A DNA stretch of 45,223 nt from Candidatus Woesearchaeota archaeon CG1_02_57_44. Lineage in GTDB: Archaea > Nanobdellota > Nanobdellia > Woesearchaeales > CG1-02-57-44. The stretch's first letter is position 1. Each line of letters starts with the position of its first letter. A program made the position numbers and the translations under genes. Where the stretch lies: contig MNWW01000042.1 of assembly GCA_001871415.1 (NCBI GenBank), forward strand, positions 1 to 45,223, written 5' to 3'. This document shows, in pieces, positions 1-7,489 of the stretch. The notes under the pieces were generated by a model, which was given only the letters and a program-made list of their open reading frames with translations, ran no database searches and was not told where the DNA came from.

Positions 1-972
1 CGCTCCGCCCAATGCGATATGTCGCGCGCGCTGGATGGTCTGCGCTGAGCTTTCACAATGCGATGAGAGCGCGATGCCTCTACCCTGCAAATACGCACGT
101 GTCTCAACTATGAGCGCCGCGATGTCCCCGCCGTCCATGGGTGTCTCCTGCAGGCACCAGGCCAGCAGGTCTGTCGCGGTCACGGTCTGGATGGCGCCTA
201 CAGCATCGCGCATCGCTGCAGCGTGCATACCTTCCAGCGCCAGCGGGGCGCCGAAGGTGCAATACACTTCAGAGCTCCTCTGGAAGGGAGCGCGCAGGAG
301 CAGATGGCCGAAATCCAGGCCGATGTAGAGCGCCTTGTTGAGGGCAAGGGCCAGAGGATGCTCGGGCTTGTGGTCCTTTGTCCTCTGGAGCAGGGGGAAC
401 ATGACGCCCTCAGGCACACGCTCATACGAGACGTCGACAGGCACCATGGTCGTGTAGCCCTTGCGGCGGCAGATGTCTGGTATGGTGTCATGGAATCGCA
501 GGAGCTTGCCAGAGTAGCTTCTTCCTGCTTCAGGGAAGATTAGCAGATCGTCGCCGCGGTCAACTATCTGGTTGATGGCCTTCATGAGGAACTTGAGTCC
601 TGCTCTATCGCTATCGCGTGGTATGGGTACGCTGCGCATCTGGCTGATGATATCGCCGAAGGGCCAGAAGTAGAGGTTGTCGCCGGCAATTATCCATGGG
701 GGAGCGCGCGGCTGGTGTCCTGCCTGTCGTTGTTGCTGCGCGTCGGCATGCAGCTCCCTGACGATGAGGCAGTAGTCAAGGTGGCTCGCGTGGCGCGCGG
801 CATAGACCACGGGCTCCTGCGGAATGGTATCCAAGCCGCGGGTCCTCACTGCGCTGAACATACTGTCCAGGAGAGGTCCTGCGCCGCGCACGATGCGCGC
901 GTAACGCTCCTCGTCATGGCCGTTCTCCAGAAGATGCTCAATCCTGGCTTCCAATGATGCGCGCGATGGCAT
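1..972 (-). CDS. Glycerol-3-phosphate/lysophospholipid acyltransferase (PlsB/PlsC family), partial at window edge
   Basis: Not in the ORF track; translated by hand. ATG at 972 with AGGTG SD, open to base 1. Motifs VVYAARHASHLDY (HxxxxD), PWIIAGDNL, LIFPEAGRSYSGKL, VPVDVSYE. Confidence 0.85.
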   Translation of the reverse strand, partial: MPSRASLEARIEHLLENGHDEERYARIVRGAGPLLDSMFSAVRTRGLDTIPQEPVVYAARHASHLDYCLIVRELHADAQQQRQAGHQPRAPPWIIAGDNLYFWPFGDIISQMRSVPIPRDSDRAGLKFLMKAINQIVDRGDDLLIFPEAGRSYSGKLLRFHDTIPDICRRKGYTTMVPVDVSYERVPEGVMFPLLQRTKDHKPEHPLALALNKALYIGLDFGHLLLRAPFQRSSEVYCTFGAPLALEGMHAAAMRDAVGAIQTVTATDLLAWCLQETPMDGGDIAALIVETRAYLQGRGIALSSHCESSAQTIQRARHIALGGA

Positions 973-2287
973 CGGCAACACCTACGGTATCCTCGGTCCC
1001 TGAGGTCATATCTTTGATGCGTACCTTCTTCTGCGCCAACTCCTCCTCCCCAAGGAACAGGACAAAGGGGATGCCCTGGCTCTGCGCGTACTGCAGGCAC
1101 TTGCTCGGGCCTCTGCCCACCAGGTCAAGGTCGGTGTTGATCATCGCTGCGCGCAGCTGCTTGGCTAGGTCAAAGCCCGCCTGTGGATTCTTGAAATGGA
1201 TGATGTACGCTTTCGCGGTCGTCTTCTTGTCCGCGCCGCCCATAGCGTCATAGATGCGGTCGACACCGAAGCTGATACCTACGGCAGGGAATTGCTGGTT
1301 GCCGCCGAGAAAATCCTGGATCATCTTGTCATAGCGACCGCCGCCGCCGACCGAGCTCTTCACTTCGCTGCCGGGCAGGATAATCTCAAATATGGTGCCT
1401 GTGTAGTAGGACAGTCCGCGGGCGAGGGTCGTGTCGATGACGATGGGGTTTGCGAGATGTTTGTTATTGGCGAGATGTTTGTCCTTTGTGGACTGTGTGT
1501 TAATTATGGACTGTTTGTCATTATTGTCCGCGCCTGCGCAATACGCGAGCACCTCGCGCAGCTCGCTGATCCCTTGCTGGAGCAGCTCATTGTCCTGCGG
1601 CAATGCGTCCAGGATCTGCTCGTTGGTCCCCTGCACGGTGAATCTTCCGAGGATGGATTCGGCCTTGTCCTTGCCGGTGATGCCCGCGAGCTCCTCAAGC
1701 ACGTCCTCTCGCTTGAGCTTATCGAGCTTGTCGAGCGCGATGATGACCGCGTCCTTCTTGTCCTCCAGGCCTTCGAGCTGGGCGAGGCCTTCGAGTATCT
1801 TGCGGTTATTGACACGGATGACCGGTACGAGTCCTAGCTTCGTGAAGACGTCCACAGCGAGCATGAGCAGCTCGGCGTCGGCGGTCATAGCGGCGCATCC
1901 GACGATGTCGACGTCCGCCTGCCAGAACTCGCGGTAGCGCGCCTTGCTGATGGGGCCATCGCGCCAGACCTTATCGACCTGATAGCGCTTGAAGGGCATC
2001 TTGAGCTGCGGGTTCATGCCCACAACGCGGGCGAAGGGAACGGTGAGATCATAGCGCAGGCCTAATTCGCGCTGTCCCTGATCATGCACCCTGAATGTCT
2101 CCTTGAGAATCTCATCGCCTCCCGCGTACTTGCTGGAGAGCACGTCAAAGCGCTCGATAGCAGGAGTCTCCAATGGTGAGTATCCGTAGCGCTCGAAAGT
2201 GGCCTTGATGGTGTCCAGGATGCGCTTCCTTGCTATCGCCTCATCCGGCAGGCAGTCGCGTGTTCCTGGGGCGTTGAGGAGCTGCAT
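938..2287 (-). CDS. hisS: Histidyl-tRNA synthetase
   Basis: PGTRD, LRYDLTVPFAR, RYREFWQADVD, ARGLSYYTG, GGGRYD, VGISFGVDR; C-terminal anticodon-binding domain. Confidence 0.97.
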   Translation of the reverse strand: MQLLNAPGTRDCLPDEAIARKRILDTIKATFERYGYSPLETPAIERFDVLSSKYAGGDEILKETFRVHDQGQRELGLRYDLTVPFARVVGMNPQLKMPFKRYQVDKVWRDGPISKARYREFWQADVDIVGCAAMTADAELLMLAVDVFTKLGLVPVIRVNNRKILEGLAQLEGLEDKKDAVIIALDKLDKLKREDVLEELAGITGKDKAESILGRFTVQGTNEQILDALPQDNELLQQGISELREVLAYCAGADNNDKQSIINTQSTKDKHLANNKHLANPIVIDTTLARGLSYYTGTIFEIILPGSEVKSSVGGGGRYDKMIQDFLGGNQQFPAVGISFGVDRIYDAMGGADKKTTAKAYIIHFKNPQAGFDLAKQLRAAMINTDLDLVGRGPSKCLQYAQSQGIPFVLFLGEEELAQKKVRIKDMTSGTEDTVGVADAIARIIGSQD

Positions 2288-2362
2288 TGCTCTGCAGGAT
2301 TGGTGGGCACTTTAAATAACTTTACCGGAGGACATTTATATTGTGTCCTTGTCCCAGAGGAG

Positions 2363-4447
2363 ATGCGCCTGAAGGGACTATTCCTTGGCATTCTCCTGAT
2401 TCTTGTCCTGTATTCGATAGCTCCTCTCTGGCAGCAGGGTGTCCCTGCTACTGACGACTTCCGGCATCACCTGACCAAGTTCTGGTTCCTTAAGGAAGCT
2501 GTCAGTGAGACCGGGCGTACGCAGGAATGGATGCCCTACATCTATTCCGGCTGGCCGTTCTCGCAGTTCTATCACTCGCTTCCCTATTATGGTTCGCTTC
2601 CTCTTATCCTGATGATGAATCCTGTGACAGCACTGAAATGGAGCATCATTCTCAGCATGATCCTGTCTACGCTAGGCATGTACTGGGCCGCGAAAATATT
2701 CACCGGCAGGGATGACGCGGCGCTAGTCGCTTCCTGCCTATATGCGCTCATGCCCATGCGCTTTGAGTTCGCGTATTATTCCGGAAGCATCTCGCGATTG
2801 TGGGGGCTGATATTCCTCGCGCCATCGCTGCTCTTCTTCGCCGCAGCAGTCGTGCAGCGTCGCGGCGAATGGTATCGGCCTGCGGCTGCGGCCTATTCGC
2901 TGCTCATCCTGTCCAATGTCAACATGGCCTATACGGTGGCGTGGTACTGGCTTGCCCTGCTGGTGTACCGCGTCGCTTCTGATGCGCGGGCCGCAAGGCA
3001 GGGGGGCGCGCAGGCCGATGCGGGCAGTAACCATGATGCTGCACAGAATCATCCTGTTGCTCGCGTGGACTGGCGCCCGCTCGCGGGGCAACTGTTCGCT
3101 GTGCTGCTCATCATCGTGTCGCTGACCGCGTATTTCCTCTTGCCGCTCTATGCCGAGAGGACAGAGTCAACGACCTTCAGCATCCAGGGCGCGGGCGTGT
3201 TCGGGGGCGCGCCCATGCCTCTATCCGCAACGATGCTATTGTCACGCGGGTTCGGGCTCGCTGCTGGAGGCGAGCGGCACTTCTACGTCGGGCTCGTAGG
3301 GATGCTGCTGGCGCTTGCCGGTGTCTTGCTCTCGCGCAGGCTCGCGCATCGCTGGATGCTCTTGTTCCTTGGGTTGTTCGGGCTTATGGTGGGGGGGACA
3401 GGGCTGATTACCTTATTGCCCTTCTCCAACATGGCCGTGTTCGCGACCTATCATATCGCCAATGCTCTTGTGTTCGTCTTCGTCCTCGCTGGGTTGTGTG
3501 TCGGGGCTCTTGCCCGCAGCGCCGGCGGCAATCGATGGATCGTCTTCGGTGTGCTGTTGGCAGTGGCACTGCTCGACGTGGCTCCTGCCGCGCGAAGCTT
3601 CTCCTGGGTGAATCAGCCGGATGCGCAATTCACGAATCCTCCTGTGCTCATCGACGCGTGGCAGTGGATAGCCAAGCAGCCAGGAGACTTCCGGGTGTAT
3701 AGTCCCATCGGGCAGGTGCCGTTCATGTATCATCACAAATTCGAGGTCGGGACCGAATGGATGGGCTATCGCGAAGGAGCGCTGCAGCCCATACGCAAGT
3801 GGACCGATGATGTGGAAAAGGCCTTCCGCGCTGATCCGACAAGCGAAGATGTCGCCAGGTTGCTCGGCTATTGGGGCACGCGCTACTATGTGCTGCCGTG
3901 CATGGATGTTCCATCGTATTTTACGTTGGCGTACCAGAACGGACAAGCATGCGTGTATGAGAACGGGTTCTATGCTCCGCTCGTGACCGGCGCGTCGTCG
4001 GTGGTGAAGGCGCAGGTGGCGATAGCTGGTTTTGCCGGGAACGCCAGCACGGTGCTGGTGGATGAGGCCTGCGGTGATGGCGCGAATTGCACACGGTCCT
4101 TGACACCTGCGGTGGTGTCGGATTACAGGTTCGATTTCGGGACCATCACTTTCACGGCCGATTCGCCCGGCTGGGTGCTGGTCCGGTCAGCTGGTTTCAA
4201 AGGGCACTGGAGCGCGATGTCGGGCGGCAAGGAGTATGCCATCGGCCAGGTGTGGCCCAAGTACATGCTGCTCGAGGTTCCTGCTGGTGAGGTGGTAATG
4301 CAGTATCATAAGACTCCCATACAGCTGTTTGCCAGCGGATGGTCCTTCGCCGCGTTGCTGTTCTTACTGCTGCCTTGGCTTCGGATAGTGGCCAAAAGGC
4401 ATAAAAAGAAGGGCAAGGTCGTAGAAGAAGACACGGCTGTGGTCTAG
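2363..4447 (+). CDS. Multi-pass membrane protein, PTPS-related/YfhO-like (probable GT-C glycosyltransferase)
   Basis: N-terminal TM followed by DDFRHH and WMPYIYSGWPFSQFY; many hydrophobic helices, then a soluble C-terminal region. ATG 2363 follows GAGGAG. Confidence 0.7.
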   Translation: MRLKGLFLGILLILVLYSIAPLWQQGVPATDDFRHHLTKFWFLKEAVSETGRTQEWMPYIYSGWPFSQFYHSLPYYGSLPLILMMNPVTALKWSIILSMILSTLGMYWAAKIFTGRDDAALVASCLYALMPMRFEFAYYSGSISRLWGLIFLAPSLLFFAAAVVQRRGEWYRPAAAAYSLLILSNVNMAYTVAWYWLALLVYRVASDARAARQGGAQADAGSNHDAAQNHPVARVDWRPLAGQLFAVLLIIVSLTAYFLLPLYAERTESTTFSIQGAGVFGGAPMPLSATMLLSRGFGLAAGGERHFYVGLVGMLLALAGVLLSRRLAHRWMLLFLGLFGLMVGGTGLITLLPFSNMAVFATYHIANALVFVFVLAGLCVGALARSAGGNRWIVFGVLLAVALLDVAPAARSFSWVNQPDAQFTNPPVLIDAWQWIAKQPGDFRVYSPIGQVPFMYHHKFEVGTEWMGYREGALQPIRKWTDDVEKAFRADPTSEDVARLLGYWGTRYYVLPCMDVPSYFTLAYQNGQACVYENGFYAPLVTGASSVVKAQVAIAGFAGNASTVLVDEACGDGANCTRSLTPAVVSDYRFDFGTITFTADSPGWVLVRSAGFKGHWSAMSGGKEYAIGQVWPKYMLLEVPAGEVVMQYHKTPIQLFASGWSFAALLFLLLPWLRIVAKRHKKKGKVVEEDTAVV

Positions 4448-4650
4448 CGGCATGACCCCACCCTCCCAAGCAACAGTTTCCTTTGTTGGGCCGGAAGCAA
4501 GACCTCGCGGATGCTCGGTCTTGCGGTGATGCTCAATAGGGTCGCTATAGCCGCGGTCGACGTGAATCGACTGCGGTCGCATCTGGTGATAGCGCAAAAT
4601 GGGTGTTGTGGAGCGAGGTGGTGACCCGGGTTCAAATCCCGGCAGCCGTA
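4433..4650 (+). tRNA. tRNA-Gly(CCC) with 147-nt intron at 37/38 (exons 4433-4468 and 4616-4650)
   Basis: Acceptor stem ACGGCTG/CAGCCGT plus A73; D arm GTC..GAC; anticodon stem CCACC/GGTGG with loop CT-CCC-A|A; T arm CCGGG-TTCAAAT-CCCGG. Canonical BHB: helix CTCC/GGAG, bulges CA|A and CG|A, outer helix GCAACA/TGTTGT. Confidence 0.95.
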
Positions 4651-4875
4651 TCCTGTTTTACCTCAATGTCCCTGGAGCCGTAGTATGTGTTTCATCAATG
4701 CCTCTATTCTCTTCATTTTTTAAACCATCTTCTCTTATTGATTGCTTTCACTTATTTTTGATCGCTTGTATTTTTTGATTGCTTTTAATTCGTCCCACTC
4801 CTGTGGCGACTTGGATGGGCTGCTGCAGCTGTTGGGTAAAAAATTATTTAATGCAGGGCTGAAGCCACATGCCAC

Positions 4876-4947
4876 GTATGGCAGCTGGAAGGGGTATGGC
4901 AGCTGGAAGGGGTATGGCAGCTGGAAGGGGTATGGCAGCTGGAAGGG
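4876..4947 (+). repeat. Perfect tandem repeat, 4 x 18 bp (GTATGGCAGCTGGAAGGG)
   Basis: Read directly; no spacers between units. Confidence 0.97.
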
Positions 4948-5006
4948 TAGTTACGTCGTCTCTTCGCATAGCAGGACATCTTACCCTACAGGTGGCTTTC
5001 TCGTGA
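4878..5006 (+). CDS. Candidate uORF/leader peptide, 42 aa, (MAAGRG)x3-MAAGRV...
   Basis: ATG within the first repeat unit; its TGA (5004-5006) overlaps the purL GTG start. An AT-rich TATA-like element lies at about 4838-4851. Confidence 0.3.
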   Translation: MAAGRGMAAGRGMAAGRGMAAGRVVTSSLRIAGHLTLQVAFS

Positions 5007-7489
5007 CGCTCGCAGCGCTCGTCGACCAGTTCAGCGTGCCGACCCTTCCTGCGGTGCGCGGGATGCGGCTCGTCAGTGATCGTGCACCGATTGGCTCCAT
5101 GCCTTCCCTCGAACAGGTGGTGGGGCGGTCGCTGACCCTAACAGAATTCAGCGCAGGGGAATCTGAGCAATCGGAGCACGCGGGCTACGGCTCCACCAAG
5201 TTTCATCTTGGCACCATCCTTCCGGTAGGTGGTCCCAACTACATCCACACCACGGATGCTGAAGCAGCGTCGGTAGTCTTCTATGTTCCCATCGACGGCA
5301 AACTTGTCGCTGTGGTGTTCTCGTCAGAGAGTCATAACGGCCCCTCCTTTGTCGCACCTCGCCCTGGCGCAGCAACGGGAGCCGGTGGGATGTTCCGGGA
5401 CGAGCATGCGGCGGCCATCGCCTATGTCGCTGCGCTCGCCGAAGCCAGGCGGCAAGGGCATCCCTGGTATAACGCGGCGCGCGATCCACTGCTCCAACAT
5501 ACTCTCGAAACCACCATGGGCATTGCCGACTACGGCAATGCCATGGGCGTGCCGCACGGCAATGGTTCCATCTGGTATCACTCCGGCTTCGCCGGCAACA
5601 ACCTTGTCAATGTCTTTGGCGTGTCTGTCGCTAGCATTGATCGGCTCATCCGCAACAAGGTGCCTACCATTGATGTCCCTGGCAAGTACGTCGGCATCTA
5701 CGTCGGCAAAGCATCTGACAGGACGGGCCTTGGCGGGACCAAGTTCGCCTCCAAGGGCATCGACATGAGCGATGCGGCCCTCAATGAGAGCGCGGTGCAG
5801 GACCCGGATCCGCATCTGGAAGAGGCGCTCGCCAGAGGCATCATCATGCTTGGCGAGCTGGCCATCGCGCAGGGCTGGTTCGAGCAGGTAGGATGGAAGG
5901 ACATGGGCGCGGCTGGCCTGCTCTGCAGCAGTCTCGAGCAGCTGCACGGCGTCATCGGCATGACAATCAATGGCAATCTCATCCCTACCAACGAGCCGCG
6001 CACGCCCACCGAGTTCCTGGAGGCTGAGACGCAGGAGCGTTTCTTCCTGACCGTCCATGAGGACTACGCCCCGGCCGTGCTCCATGTCTTCAATGACATC
6101 ATCGGGCTGCCCTTCATCAACAACGGCGCACGGGCAGCTGTCGTCGCCCGCTGCAACGACACGGGACGATACACCTTCGTGCAGGACAACAAGATTCATG
6201 TCAATCTCCCAGCTGATGCCATGATGAATGCTCCTATCGTACCCCGCAAGGTATGTGAGCCGCGGCGCGTCCCTCAGGCCATTCCTACACCGATGCTCTC
6301 GATTGGTGAAGAGGCCGAGCGGGTCCTTGGCTCCATGACCTTCAAGAGCGATGGATTCATCCACGACCACTACGACACGCACGTGAGAAGCACCAACATC
6401 GTCAATCGTGGCAAGGCCGCGGCCACGCTGCGGACGCATCCCTTGTTCGAAGGTCAGGTCGGCTATAGCATGGTCTTTGATTCCAGTCCGGTCTACGGGC
6501 AGTTGGATCCTCTCCATCAAGCGGCAGACTCGCTGGTGCGCGGCGCCTGGAAGATGGCAGCGGTCGGCTGCTCTGTGGTCGGCGTGACCAACAACGCCAA
6601 CTACGGCAGGGCCGACGTGCCAGAGGAGATGTGGGCCTTCGTCAAAGGTCAAGAGGGTGTCGCGCGCGCATGCAACAATTGGCCGCTTGAGCAGCGTTAT
6701 ATCGCGCACATCTGTCAGGACCCTGACACTGCTTCCCGATTCGAAGGCGTGGAGCGGCCCACGGTCGGTGTTGGCGGCGGCAATGTCAGCCTGAACAAAT
6801 GGAACGTCAACACGGGCACGGCTATACCCCCCACGACGATCCTCGGCCTGGTCGGTTGGACGGACGCACCTTCTCGTTATGCTACCTGGGACATCAAGCC
6901 AGTCGAAAGAGGTTCCCTCTATCTTGTAGGTGCACGTCAGGAGTCGCTCGGCGGCACAGAATACCTGCAGGCGCTCTATGGCCCTGACATGCTGGGCGAT
7001 TCGCTCTTCACCATCGACTATGAGACGTCCCATGCAGAGGTCAGCGCCATCATCGACGCGGTCCGCTCTGGCCTCGTGCTTGCGGCCAATGACATCGAGT
7101 CCGGCGGGCTGCTCAATGCCGTGGCCGAGATGATGGTCAACACTGAGGATTCTGTCACGGCCAGGATCAACCTGAATGCGTCGATGGCGCTCACCTTCCT
7201 CACTGCACGACAGAAGCTCTACTCAGAGAGCTATGGTATGGTGCTGCAGGTGGACAGAGCGCAGGAGCACGATTTCCGGGAGGTCATGCAGCGACATGGG
7301 GTCTGCGCCTATCTCATCGGCTCTGCAGGATCTCTCGATCAAGGCTGTGAGGGGCGGCTCTCCTTCAAAGGCCATGAGTTCACCACCTTCAGCATGGAGC
7401 AGCATGCGCTCCAGGACAGCTACCGCAGCAAGATAGAGCACTGTCTCACGGGCGTGCTGCCATGCCCAGAGCACCTGGTGGTCCCATGA
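5003..7489 (+). CDS. purL: Phosphoribosylformylglycinamidine synthase subunit PurL (divergent)
   Basis: SEH, ESHNGPS, GAATGAGGMFRD, GGTKFAS, DMGAAGL, ETQER, GGNVSL motifs. GTG start at 5003 with AGGTGG SD; the track start at 4742 runs through intergenic and repeat sequence. Confidence 0.88.
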   Translation: MTLAALVDQFSVPTLPAVRGMRLVSDRAPIGSMPSLEQVVGRSLTLTEFSAGESEQSEHAGYGSTKFHLGTILPVGGPNYIHTTDAEAASVVFYVPIDGKLVAVVFSSESHNGPSFVAPRPGAATGAGGMFRDEHAAAIAYVAALAEARRQGHPWYNAARDPLLQHTLETTMGIADYGNAMGVPHGNGSIWYHSGFAGNNLVNVFGVSVASIDRLIRNKVPTIDVPGKYVGIYVGKASDRTGLGGTKFASKGIDMSDAALNESAVQDPDPHLEEALARGIIMLGELAIAQGWFEQVGWKDMGAAGLLCSSLEQLHGVIGMTINGNLIPTNEPRTPTEFLEAETQERFFLTVHEDYAPAVLHVFNDIIGLPFINNGARAAVVARCNDTGRYTFVQDNKIHVNLPADAMMNAPIVPRKVCEPRRVPQAIPTPMLSIGEEAERVLGSMTFKSDGFIHDHYDTHVRSTNIVNRGKAAATLRTHPLFEGQVGYSMVFDSSPVYGQLDPLHQAADSLVRGAWKMAAVGCSVVGVTNNANYGRADVPEEMWAFVKGQEGVARACNNWPLEQRYIAHICQDPDTASRFEGVERPTVGVGGGNVSLNKWNVNTGTAIPPTTILGLVGWTDAPSRYATWDIKPVERGSLYLVGARQESLGGTEYLQALYGPDMLGDSLFTIDYETSHAEVSAIIDAVRSGLVLAANDIESGGLLNAVAEMMVNTEDSVTARINLNASMALTFLTARQKLYSESYGMVLQVDRAQEHDFREVMQRHGVCAYLIGSAGSLDQGCEGRLSFKGHEFTTFSMEQHALQDSYRSKIEHCLTGVLPCPEHLVVP

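Noticed and set aside
4469..4615. SRP RNA or homing endonuclease ORF within the tRNA intron
   Set aside because: Too short for a nuclease ORF; GGGCCGGAAGCAA does not form the SRP helix-8 motif.
4876..4947. CRISPR array
   Set aside because: Units are head-to-tail with no spacers, and no cas genes are in the window.
4742..5002. N-terminal extension of PurL (YGSWKG repeats) in the ORF track
   Set aside because: Begins at a TTG in AT-rich intergenic DNA upstream of the probable promoter; GTG 5003 has an SD and fits PurL length better.
5324..7033. 569-aa antisense ORF and similar shadow ORFs across the window
   Set aside because: Antisense to well-supported genes; expected from GC-rich codon bias; no recognisable motifs.
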